64,000 nt of DNA from positions 70,042 through 134,041 of the forward strand of contig JAXMAN010000002.1 of the NCBI GenBank assembly GCA_046350355.1, given 5' to 3'. The DNA comes from Phycisphaerales bacterium (GTDB lineage: Bacteria; Planctomycetota; Phycisphaerae; Phycisphaerales; SM1A02). Both the position numbers and the translations under genes were made by a program. This document shows positions 26,549-35,133 of the stretch, one piece after another (the stretch's first letter is position 1; every line of letters starts with the position of its first letter). The notes under the pieces were generated by a model. That model saw nothing but the letters and a program-made list of their open reading frames with translations. It was not told where the DNA came from and did no database searches.

Positions 26549-27661
26549 ATGATTGTCAAGCCACTCTCGGACGGGCCACTTCCTTCCGATCCGGCGCTTC
26601 GGGCGGGCGTCGAGGCGGAGCGGCAGCTCGCCCACTACCTGCATCGCGCCTTCGCCGCCTCGGATCGCCTCTTTGTCCTGCACGACCTGCGGATCGAGGA
26701 TCCCGCGCAGCCGGAGTCGACGGGCGCGCCGGGCGTCTGCCAGATCGACCACCTGATCGTCCATCGCTTCGGCGTCTTCATCGCCGAGAGCAAGTCGTTC
26801 CAGCTCCCGGTCGTGGTGCAGTCGGACGGTTCGGGCGGCGACATGTGGACGCGCGTGGTCGGAGGGCGCACGACCGGGATCCCGTCACCGATCCAGCAGG
26901 CCCGTCGACAGGGAGAGTTGCTTCGTGCCTATCTGCAGCGGCACCGCGAGCAGCTGCTCGGGAAGGTCGGGCTTGGCATGGGGCTGCTCGCCAAGGCGCT
27001 CGCGGGAACCGATCAACGCGGCTTCTCCGCGATGCCGGTGCAGCTCATCGTCGCGATCGGCGATCGCGGGCACGTGACGCGCAAGGGCGGATGGAGGGAG
27101 CCTGAGTCGCCGCTGCGCACCTTCGTGACCAAGGCGGACCAGGTCCCCGCGAAGATCGAGGAGCAGCTCCGGCGCCATGAGTCTGCAAGCGGGCTGCTTG
27201 CGGCGGACGACGGCGCGTACGGCGTCTGGTCCATGCAGCTCGCGGAAGCGGCGCGCGTCGCCGACTTCCTCCGGGCGAGCCACACGCCGTTGCGTCGCGC
27301 CGCGGCCGCCGCACGGGCCGCTGCACCGTCCCCGGCACCAGCCGCCGCAACGACTGCCGCGCCTGCCGCCACCCCGGCTGCCACTCCGCCCGCCGCGCCG
27401 GCGATGCCTGCGCCTCCCGCCCGGCTCGCCTGCAGCGGGTGCGGCCGCAGCGATCTGAATCCACTGACCGGCAAGTACGGCTGCTACTGGAAGTGCGCCG
27501 CCTGCGGAGCCAACATGAAGATGCCCGAGACCTGTCGCCGCTGCGGTGCGCGGCGCGTCGATGGCGCGAAGGTGCAGGTGTCGCAGGAAGGGACGGACTT
27601 CCGCCGCCGCTGCGGTGCGTGCGGCTTCGATGAGGTGCTTGCCAGCTCACCGCGCCGATAG
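26549..27661 (+). CDS. NERD (nuclease-related domain) protein with C-terminal topoisomerase-type C4 zinc fingers
   Basis: MIVKPLSD... The NERD core is QIDHLIVHRFGVFIAESK. The C-terminus is CSGCGRSDLNPLTGKYGCYWKCAACGANMKMPETCRRCGAR...CGACG. Confidence 0.8.
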   Translation: MIVKPLSDGPLPSDPALRAGVEAERQLAHYLHRAFAASDRLFVLHDLRIEDPAQPESTGAPGVCQIDHLIVHRFGVFIAESKSFQLPVVVQSDGSGGDMWTRVVGGRTTGIPSPIQQARRQGELLRAYLQRHREQLLGKVGLGMGLLAKALAGTDQRGFSAMPVQLIVAIGDRGHVTRKGGWREPESPLRTFVTKADQVPAKIEEQLRRHESASGLLAADDGAYGVWSMQLAEAARVADFLRASHTPLRRAAAAARAAAPSPAPAAATTAAPAATPAATPPAAPAMPAPPARLACSGCGRSDLNPLTGKYGCYWKCAACGANMKMPETCRRCGARRVDGAKVQVSQEGTDFRRRCGACGFDEVLASSPRR

Positions 27662-27673
27662 GAGGCTTCATCC

Positions 27674-27907
27674 ATGCCCGAATTCACCCCCAAGATGGAG
27701 CGACTCGCCGCGCTCGCCGTGCCGCTGCTGGTGTGGCTGGGGCTGTGGGTGCTTCTTTCGGTGTGCTTCATGCTGCCGATCCCGATCATCTCCGACTGGG
27801 TCGCCCTGCTGGGCGTTCGGCCGTGGAGCTTCGCGATGGCGGGCGTCGCGTTTCTGTTCGCGCTGGTCCTCTACGCGATGGATTCGCGCCGACATATTCA
27901 GCGCTGA
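27674..27907 (+). CDS. Small 2-TM membrane protein (77 aa)
   Basis: A strong SD (GGAGG) lies 8 nt upstream of ATG, 12 nt after the NERD gene stop. MPEFTPKMERLAALAVPLLVWLGLWVLL carries two hydrophobic helices. Confidence 0.6.
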   Translation: MPEFTPKMERLAALAVPLLVWLGLWVLLSVCFMLPIPIISDWVALLGVRPWSFAMAGVAFLFALVLYAMDSRRHIQR

Positions 27908-28096
27908 AAACCGCGCTGGCGCGCTCCCAGGGGCGGTGCGTGCACGATCTTGCGCAAATCGGGCGAAGTCGCCGTTGCGCGCGCCGTTTGCCGGTATCGT
28001 TCCGGGTTCAGCGATGGTTGTTCAGTCCGAAGTGTCTGCAGCTCTCTGACGATTCCAGATAGAGACGGCCCGAAGCGGCCAGCTCACCGATGATGG

Positions 28097-28131
28097 AAGA
28101 ACGCCCCGGCCTCAAGCTGGGGCGTTTGCGT
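28097..28131 (+). terminator. Candidate intrinsic terminator
   Basis: Hairpin AACGCCCCGG-loop-GGGGCGTT followed by TGCGTTTT, in the convergent intergenic gap downstream of the NERD/small-membrane genes. Confidence 0.4.
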
Positions 28132-28183
28132 TTTGGGAGGGATTGGGGCGGCGCGCGTCTCGCGCTCCCCGTGCGCCCCGCAC

Positions 28184-30793
28184 CTACGGCGCCGCGCGCG
28201 CCTTCCACGACGCCGCCTGCTCGGGCTTGCCCCACTTCTCGTAGAGCGTCGAGATCGCCTTCGCCGCATCCTTCAGCCGCTGGTGCCCCGCGGGCAGCGA
28301 CGCCGTCAGGCTCTCGTAGCCCGCGAGCTCCAGCTTCTCCGCCTCCTCGTAGCGCTGCTGGTCGACGAGGCACTCCGCGACGTTGAGCATCGCCTGCCCC
28401 TGCATCCAGTGCTTCTCGGGGAGCGCCTTCTGGATCCCCGCGAGCATCGCGCGGAAGATCGGCTCCGCCTCCTGCGGCTTCTTGCGGTCCAGCAGCAGCA
28501 GGCCCAGGTTGTTCATCACCACGAGCGTCGGCTGCGCCTGCTCGCCCAGCGTGCGCCGGCGCGTCTCGAGCGCCTGGCGCATGAGCCGTTCCGCCTCGTC
28601 CAGATTGCCCAGGAGCTGCTCCTGCCGCGCGAGGTTCGCCAGGTAGGTGACGGTCGTGTCGTGGTCGACGCCCAGCGAACGCGAGGCCGCGTCGAGGCAG
28701 TGGCGCAGCATCGTGCGCGCCTCGTCGTACTTGCGCTGCATCTCCAGCGCGAGCGCGAGCGAGTTCTCCGTCGTCAGCGAGTGCGGATGGTCCGCGCCGT
28801 AGATGCGCCGCTTGGACGCGAGCACCTCGCGGTTGAGCTTCTCCGACTCCTCGTAGCGCGAGAGGTCCTTCAGGATCGAGGCGCGAATGCTCTTGGCCAT
28901 CAGCGTGGTCGGCCCGTCCGCGCCCTGCGCGGCCATCGCCGCGTCGACCAGCTTCTGCGCGGTGCGGTCCGCGTCCTCGAGCCGCCCCAGGTGCTGCAGC
29001 GTGTCCGCGACGCTCGCCATCGTCTCCAGCGTCGCCTTCTCCTTCAGTCCCACGACGCGCTCCTGGATCTCCAGCGTGCGCCCGTATTCGACGAGCGCCG
29101 CCTCCAGGTCCCCCGACATCTGCAGCGTCTGCGCGAGCATGCTGCGCGTGGCGAGCGTGTCCGGCGCCTCCGCGCCCAGCGCCGCGGTGCGGTCGGCGAG
29201 GTTCTTCTCCAGGTCGCGCCGCGCCGCCTCGATGTTGCCCATCATGAGCTCCGCGGCCGCGATGTTGAAGGCGCTCGTGAGCGTCTCGCGGTCGGCCGGG
29301 CCCAGCGCCTTCGTGCGCAGCTCCAGCGCGCGCGCGAGCTGCTCCTTCGACTCCTGGTAGCGCGCGAGCGCGAAGTAGGTCTCGCCGAGGGTCTCGCGCA
29401 GCATCGCCTCCGTCACCGGGTCCTCGCTCAGCGCGGGGCCCAGCCGCTTCGCCGCGTCGTCCACGAGGTCCTTCACGGTCGGCTCGCGTCCGCCGCTGCG
29501 CTCGGGGTCGATGGACGAGAGCATGTCCTGGAGGAAGCTCGCGGTCGCCTCGGCGCGGCGGCGCTGCTGCTCCGCCGTCTCGCGCGCGTGGCGCTCGCGC
29601 TCGGCGGCGTCCTCCGCGCGGAAGTAGCCGATGCCGGTGCCGACGACCGCCGCGACCAGCGCCAGCGCGACCGCCGCCGTCGCCGCGACCAGCCCGCGCC
29701 GGCGCCGCACGAACTTGCGCGCGCGGTACGCGGCGCTCTCGGGGCCCGCCAGCAGCGGGAGCCCGCGCAGGTAGTTGCGCACGTCGTCGGCGAGCTCGCT
29801 CGCGGAGCGGTAGCGCTCGCCGCGGTCCTTGCGCATCGCCTTCAGCGGGATCCACTCGAGCTCGCGGTGCAGCGCGCGGCGCAGCTCGTCGAGATCGATG
29901 CGCCGGCGCCGCGCGAACTCCGCGGCGATCGCGCCCAGGCTGCTCAGGCGCGCGCTCGGGCGCGGCGGGTCGACCTCGCGGATGATGCGCTGGATCTCCG
30001 CGTCGGCGGCGGAGCGCAGCGTGCGGCTGTCGAAGGGGGTCGCGCCCGTGAGCAGCTCGTAGAGGAGCACGCCCAGCGAATAGACGTCCGTGCGCGTGTC
30101 GATGTCGGGGCTGCCCTCGGCCTGCTCCGGACTCATGTACTCGGGCGTGCCGATGAGCTGGCGATGGCGCGTGACGAGCGTCTTCTCCGTCAGCGGGCCC
30201 GCGGTCGCCTTGGCGATGCCGAAGTCGATCACCTTGGGCACCGGCGTGCCGTCGTGCATCGAGACGAGGATGTTCGAGGGCTTGATGTCGCGGTGGATCA
30301 GCCCCTTCTGGTGCGCGTGCTGCACCGCCTGGCAGACCTGCACGAAGAGCTCCAGCCGCTCGCGGATCGTCAGGTTGTGCTTGTCGCAGAACTCGGTCAT
30401 GGGCTCGCCGCGGCACAGCTCCATGACGAAGTAGGGGCGCCCCGAGGCGGTCGCGCCCGCGTCGAGCACCTTCGCGATGTTGGGATGGTCCATCATCGCC
30501 AGCGCCTGCCGCTCCTGCTCGAAGCGCGCGACGACGGCGCGGGTGTCCATCCCCGCCTTGATGATCTTGAGCGCGACGCGCTGCACCATCGGATCGCGCC
30601 GCTCGGCCATCCACACGGTGCCGAAGCCGCCTTCGCCGATCACCTCCAGCAGCCGGTACGGACCGACCTGCGCGTGCACCTGCTCCGCCTCGTGCGGCGA
30701 GCCCGCGGGCAGCAGCGTCGGCGGCAGGTCGGAGCGCGGCGTCGCGTCGCGCGGCGTCGCGTCGCGCGCGGGGGTCTCGTCGGCGGGGGCCAT
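28184..30793 (-). CDS. Ser/Thr protein kinase with C-terminal TPR repeat array
   Basis: 869 aa. Kinase motifs are GEGGFGTVW, VALKIIK, HRDIKPSNIL, DFGIA and GTPEYMSPE. A TM helix (LVAATAAVALALVAAVVG) is followed by about 10 TPR-like repeats. Confidence 0.9.
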   Translation of the reverse strand: MAPADETPARDATPRDATPRSDLPPTLLPAGSPHEAEQVHAQVGPYRLLEVIGEGGFGTVWMAERRDPMVQRVALKIIKAGMDTRAVVARFEQERQALAMMDHPNIAKVLDAGATASGRPYFVMELCRGEPMTEFCDKHNLTIRERLELFVQVCQAVQHAHQKGLIHRDIKPSNILVSMHDGTPVPKVIDFGIAKATAGPLTEKTLVTRHRQLIGTPEYMSPEQAEGSPDIDTRTDVYSLGVLLYELLTGATPFDSRTLRSAADAEIQRIIREVDPPRPSARLSSLGAIAAEFARRRRIDLDELRRALHRELEWIPLKAMRKDRGERYRSASELADDVRNYLRGLPLLAGPESAAYRARKFVRRRRGLVAATAAVALALVAAVVGTGIGYFRAEDAAERERHARETAEQQRRRAEATASFLQDMLSSIDPERSGGREPTVKDLVDDAAKRLGPALSEDPVTEAMLRETLGETYFALARYQESKEQLARALELRTKALGPADRETLTSAFNIAAAELMMGNIEAARRDLEKNLADRTAALGAEAPDTLATRSMLAQTLQMSGDLEAALVEYGRTLEIQERVVGLKEKATLETMASVADTLQHLGRLEDADRTAQKLVDAAMAAQGADGPTTLMAKSIRASILKDLSRYEESEKLNREVLASKRRIYGADHPHSLTTENSLALALEMQRKYDEARTMLRHCLDAASRSLGVDHDTTVTYLANLARQEQLLGNLDEAERLMRQALETRRRTLGEQAQPTLVVMNNLGLLLLDRKKPQEAEPIFRAMLAGIQKALPEKHWMQGQAMLNVAECLVDQQRYEEAEKLELAGYESLTASLPAGHQRLKDAAKAISTLYEKWGKPEQAASWKARAAP

Positions 30794-30916
30794 CGCGGTG
30801 AATCTATCCGCACGCCCGCGCCGCAGGATGCATGCGGCCACCTGCGCCCGGATACACTTGCGCCGCTCCGGAGGCGGGCGCGCGCTTGTACTCCGGTCGC
30901 TGTGGGGATCCCCGCC

Positions 30917-33085
30917 ATGCTGCATCCATCGATCGTCCAGTCGTCGCTCGCTCCCGCCGCCCCGATGCTGCTGGCCGAGCCGGTGCTTCCGGCGATCGTG
31001 GTCACCATCGCCTGGATGCTGGGCGGGGGACTCGTCGCCCTCGTGGCGCTCTACTTCCTGATCACGCGCTGGGTGGTGAACGTCGGCTCCACCGAGATCG
31101 CCATCACCGAGCGGCGCTTCTCCGGACGCCGCCTGCCCGCGGGACGCGTCTTCGCCGCCAACGGCGAGGTCGGCATCCAGGCCGCGTACCTCGCGCCCGG
31201 ACTGCACATCGTCCCCTGGCCTTTCATCCGCGTCGTCGCGAAGGTGCCCTTCGTCACGATCGGACCCGACGAGCTCGGCGTCATCACCGCCACCGACGGC
31301 GAGCCGATGCCCTCCGGTCGCATCTACGCCGAGGACAAGGCGGGCGCCTCGCACGACAACTTCCAGAACCCGACCGCCTTCCTCAACGGCGGCGGCATCC
31401 GCGGCAAGCAGCTGCGCTTCCTGACCAACGGCACCTTCAAGATCCATCCGCAGCTCTTCCGCGTCGAGAAGATCAAGAAGACGGTCGTCCCGCAGGGCGC
31501 CATCGGCGTCGTCACCGCGGCCGACGGCGTGGCGCTCGAGCAGGGCCAGCTCCTGGGCAAGAGCGTCTCCGACCACGACTGCTTCCAGAAGGCCGAGATC
31601 TTCCTCACGCAGGGCGGGCAGAAGGGCCCGCAGATCGAGTTCCTGCGCCCCGGCACCTACAACATCTTCACCGACATGTTCCAGGTCGAGCTGCAGGTGG
31701 CGATCACCATCGGCGACGACCAGGTCGGCATGGTCGAGGCGCGCGACGGCCGCCCGATGCCGCGCGAGGACGTCGTCGCGCCGACGCCCGATGTCGGCCT
31801 GCACAACAGCTTCCAGGATGGCCAGGCCTTTCTGAACGCGGGTGGCTACCGCGGTCCGCAGGAGGCCGTGCTGCGCCCCGGCACCTACTACATCAACCCG
31901 TACCTCTTCTCCGTCGTGGGCGCGCCGCTCACGGTGATCCGCCAGGGCGAGGTGGGCGTGCTCATCTCCAACATCGGCAAGGATCCCGCCTCGCTGCCGC
32001 AGGATGCGATGGAGGCCGCCCCCGGCCCGCTCGAGCGCGGCGCGAAGGATCCCGACGAGACGCGCGTCGACGCCGGCGTGCGCACGCGCCACGTCGTGCC
32101 CGACGGCTTCCGCGGCATCCAGCGCAATGTGCTCGGGCCCGGCAAGTACAACATCAACCCGCGCGCCTTCACCGTCATCCCGATCCCGACGACCACGCGC
32201 TCGGTGGAGTGGGGCGGCGGCGGCAACGAGGGCAACTTCGATCCCTTCCAGGTCGTCTCGCACGACGGCTTCGAGATGCGCGTCGAGGTGCGCTGCCAGT
32301 ACCGCATCCTGCCCGAGAACGCCCCCTACGTGGTGCAGAAGCTCGGCTCGATCGCGGACCTCGAGGCGAACGTCATCCACCCGCAGATCGACGGCATCTT
32401 CCGCGCGCAGGTCTCCAAGTCGCCCGCGATCTCGTACCAGCAGAACCGCGCCGAGGAGCAGACCGCCGCCGAACGCGCGGTGCGCGAGGACCTCTCGCTC
32501 TACAAGGTCGAGGTGGTCTCGGTGATGATCACCAACATCCACCTGCCCGAGGCGCTGATGAAGACCACCCAGGAGAAGAACCTGGCGGAGCAGCGCAAGT
32601 CGATGTTCGACGCGCAGGAGCAGGCGGAGAAGCGCCGCATCGAGTTCCAGAAGACCAAGTCGCAGGCCGACCAGCAGGACGCGCTCATCAAGGCCGAGAT
32701 CGGCATCGCGATCGCCAAGCACGAGGCCTCGCAGGCGCAGGAGCGCGCGCACGGCACCGCGGCGCAGATCCGCATCCAGGCGGAGGCCGAGGCGAGCCGC
32801 AACAAGCAGATCGGCGACGCCGAGGCCGCGGTCATCGAGGCCAAGGGCTCCGCGCAGGCCGAGGCGTACCGCCGCCAGGTCGCGGCGCTCACCGCCAACG
32901 GCGTGACGATGGTCGAGGTGACCAAGTCGATCGCCGCGGCGGGGCTGAAGATCACCCCCGACGTGGTCGTCGCCGGCAGCGGCGGACGCGAGGGCGGCGG
33001 TCTGGTCGACCTGCTGCTGGCGAACATGCTGCGCGAGCAGCGCGCGGCGCCCGCGGTGGCGGGGCCGGCGGCGTCCGGGCAGTGA
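30917..33085 (+). CDS. Flotillin-like SPFH/Band-7 domain protein
   Basis: The N-terminal TM is MLHPS...VVTIAWMLGGGLVALVALYFLI. An SPFH body is followed by a C-terminal EA-rich coiled coil (QAEAEASRNKQIGDAEAAVIEAKGSAQAEAYRRQVAAL). Confidence 0.85.
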   Translation: MLHPSIVQSSLAPAAPMLLAEPVLPAIVVTIAWMLGGGLVALVALYFLITRWVVNVGSTEIAITERRFSGRRLPAGRVFAANGEVGIQAAYLAPGLHIVPWPFIRVVAKVPFVTIGPDELGVITATDGEPMPSGRIYAEDKAGASHDNFQNPTAFLNGGGIRGKQLRFLTNGTFKIHPQLFRVEKIKKTVVPQGAIGVVTAADGVALEQGQLLGKSVSDHDCFQKAEIFLTQGGQKGPQIEFLRPGTYNIFTDMFQVELQVAITIGDDQVGMVEARDGRPMPREDVVAPTPDVGLHNSFQDGQAFLNAGGYRGPQEAVLRPGTYYINPYLFSVVGAPLTVIRQGEVGVLISNIGKDPASLPQDAMEAAPGPLERGAKDPDETRVDAGVRTRHVVPDGFRGIQRNVLGPGKYNINPRAFTVIPIPTTTRSVEWGGGGNEGNFDPFQVVSHDGFEMRVEVRCQYRILPENAPYVVQKLGSIADLEANVIHPQIDGIFRAQVSKSPAISYQQNRAEEQTAAERAVREDLSLYKVEVVSVMITNIHLPEALMKTTQEKNLAEQRKSMFDAQEQAEKRRIEFQKTKSQADQQDALIKAEIGIAIAKHEASQAQERAHGTAAQIRIQAEAEASRNKQIGDAEAAVIEAKGSAQAEAYRRQVAALTANGVTMVEVTKSIAAAGLKITPDVVVAGSGGREGGGLVDLLLANMLREQRAAPAVAGPAASGQ

Positions 33086-33094
33086 CGGACGCGG

Positions 33095-33811
33095 CTACTC
33101 CTCGGTCTCGGCGGCGTAGCCCTCTTCGTGCGGCTGCACGACGACGAATCCGTCGCCGCGGAAGTGCATCTGCAGCGCCTCGCCGCCGCCGCGGCCCAGC
33201 AGCGTGCGGAAGCTCATGTCCGTCTTGAGCTCGGGCTCGAGGTTGCCGCTCCACAGAATCGTCGCGTTGGGGTCGGTGGAGACGGGGCGGTCCGGCGTGA
33301 CGCGCAGCGTGAGCGGGTCGTGGTGGCTGGTGACCGCGACGATGCCGTGGCCCTCGAAGCGCACGTTGAAGAGGCCGCCGGCGAGCATCGTCGCGATCCC
33401 CTTCATCATGCGCATGTCCCAGCGCACCGTCTCCTGGAAGGCGAGCACGTCGTTGCCGTTGACGACGATCGCATCGCCCGCGAGCTGCAGCAGGACGACC
33501 TTCTTGCCGCGGTCCGCGAGGTAGACGGTGCCGCGCCCCTCGGCCTTCGCGAGCGGCATCGACTCCCCGCCGATCGCGCGCTTGAGCATGCGGCCGATGC
33601 CGTGCTCGAGCATGCCCTCGCGCGTGAAGCGGACATCGCCGGTGTGCGCGATCATCGTGCCCAGGCGCATCCAGACGCGGCCGTCGAGGTTGAGCTCGAG
33701 GATGCGGTCGCTCTCGAGCTCGAAGACGCCGTGCCCGCGGTCGCGCTGCGTGGTGCGCGAGACGAACTCGGCGATGGTCTGCGTCGGCCGGGCGATGGGA
33801 GGGGTGGACAT
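33095..33811 (-). CDS. AIM24-family (DUF124) protein
   Basis: MSTPPIARP... An AIM24-like pattern (GDGVL...NGNDVLAF...GHGIVAV...GDGFVVVQP). 238 aa. Confidence 0.7.
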   Translation of the reverse strand: MSTPPIARPTQTIAEFVSRTTQRDRGHGVFELESDRILELNLDGRVWMRLGTMIAHTGDVRFTREGMLEHGIGRMLKRAIGGESMPLAKAEGRGTVYLADRGKKVVLLQLAGDAIVVNGNDVLAFQETVRWDMRMMKGIATMLAGGLFNVRFEGHGIVAVTSHHDPLTLRVTPDRPVSTDPNATILWSGNLEPELKTDMSFRTLLGRGGGEALQMHFRGDGFVVVQPHEEGYAAETEE

Positions 33812-33831
33812 GCCCTGAAAATACGCCCCCC

Positions 33832-33865
33832 GGATAATATGCCGGGCATGCCCGGCATATTTTCC
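33832..33865. repeat. 34-nt palindrome copy B (one mismatch: GGATAAT) with an extra degenerate left half-site (GAAAATACGCC) at 33817-33827
   Basis: It lies in the divergent intergenic region, about 20 nt upstream of the AIM24 ATG. Confidence 0.85.
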
Positions 33866-34090
33866 GCGCGACGGGGTCCGATTCTTCGAAGAAGCCGCCC
33901 GGGAGCGCGGGGCGCGCGCACGACCGCCGCCGCGCCGCGCGCGCTGCGGCATCCGCGCGTCTGGGGCGTGCGCCGCGCGAGTTCTCCGAAGACCCGGCAC
34001 GCGCGCGTGCGCACGCGCGCGCCGAGCGCATTTGTTCTGCGGGGAAGCATCGCCGCTTGCGATGCGCACCTGCGTTTGTAGGCTCGGTTC

Positions 34091-34426
34091 ATGCGATTCC
34101 GCATTCGCGGACGCGAGCGCGACAGCGATGAAGTCGTCGAGCTGGATGTGGAGGCGACGAACTCCCTCGAAGCGCTCGAGTCCATCCGATCCCAGGGAGT
34201 GGAGCCGTTTGGCATCATCGGCATCGCTCCCCACGAACCACCCCGCGCCGGGGGCCCAGGGGCGGCGCTCTGGGTCCTCGGTGGCGCGGCGCTGATCGCT
34301 GCGACCGCGCTGCTCGTGTGGACGCTCTTCCCGGCGCCGGCATCGGCGCCGGACCGCGCGCCGGACCACGCGCCCGACCACGCGGCGCAGGCCGACGCGC
34401 CACCGCCCTCCGCGGCAGGTGAGTGA
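34091..34426 (+). CDS. Hypothetical small protein with C-terminal TM
   Basis: MRFRIRGRERDSDEVVELDVEATNSLEALESIRSQG... then ALWVLGGAALIAATALLVWTLF. Weakly supported. Confidence 0.4.
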   Translation: MRFRIRGRERDSDEVVELDVEATNSLEALESIRSQGVEPFGIIGIAPHEPPRAGGPGAALWVLGGAALIAATALLVWTLFPAPASAPDRAPDHAPDHAAQADAPPPSAAGE

Positions 34427-34490
34427 CCGTGCGCGCGGGCGAGGTCTGGCCCGCCCAGGCCGCCCGCGCCGCCGCATCTACGATGCGCGC

Positions 34491-35012
34491 ATGCTCACAC
34501 GACGATCCCCGATCGGCACGCCCCGAAGCGGCGCCGCGCACGCCGCGGTGCTCGCCGCGACGCTCGCCGCCGCCGGCGCGCTTGCGGGATGCGCCACGCG
34601 CCCCGCGACGCCCGCGAAGCCCGCCTACGACGCCGCGCTCGCGAAGTCGCTGGGCGCGAACGCCAACGGGATGCGCTCCTACATCTTCGTGCTCCTGCGC
34701 ACCGGCCCCAAGCGCATGCCCGACGGCCCCGCGCGCAACGCGATGTTCGAGGGGCACATGGCCAACATCCAGCGGCTCGCGAAGGAGGGCAAGCTCGTCC
34801 TCGCGGGCCCCTTCGACGGCAAGGACGGCTGGCGCGGGATGTTCGTCTTCGCGGTCGCGACGATCGAGGAGGCGAAGGCCTGCGTCGACACCGATCCCGT
34901 CATCCAGAACGGCGAGATGGTCGCCGAGTACCACACCTGGTTCGGCAGCGCCGCGGTGATGCAGGTGACATCGATTCACGAGCGCCTGGTGGCCCCGCAG
35001 CCCGCCAAGTAG
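34491..35012 (+). CDS. YciI-like domain lipoprotein
   Basis: The lipobox is LAGC. The YciI-like pattern is NAMFEGHMANIQRLAKEGKLVLAGPFDGKDGWRGMFVFAVATIEEAKACVDTDPVIQNGEMVAEYHTW. Confidence 0.6.
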   Translation: MLTRRSPIGTPRSGAAHAAVLAATLAAAGALAGCATRPATPAKPAYDAALAKSLGANANGMRSYIFVLLRTGPKRMPDGPARNAMFEGHMANIQRLAKEGKLVLAGPFDGKDGWRGMFVFAVATIEEAKACVDTDPVIQNGEMVAEYHTWFGSAAVMQVTSIHERLVAPQPAK

Positions 35013-35133
35013 GCCACGCAGCCTGCAAATCACGGGTTTCCGCTGGTGCCGCGGGGGGCCGGAGGTACCCTTTGGCCAGTGGCGCGCGTGGGGCGCGTCC
35101 GTGCCGACAGCCCGTCCTCGTGAGGAGCCAACG

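Noticed and set aside
28133-30900. 5' two-thirds of the 1650-aa plus-strand ORF 28133..33085
   Set aside because: Only the part from 30917 (flotillin) is real. The upstream part is antisense to the Ser/Thr kinase gene and low complexity.
34091-34426. Possible additional palindromic or regulatory structure in the 33866-34090 GC-rich intergenic region
   Set aside because: Several short GC palindromes (GCGCGC runs) are present, as expected by chance at this GC content. None is repeated elsewhere in the window.
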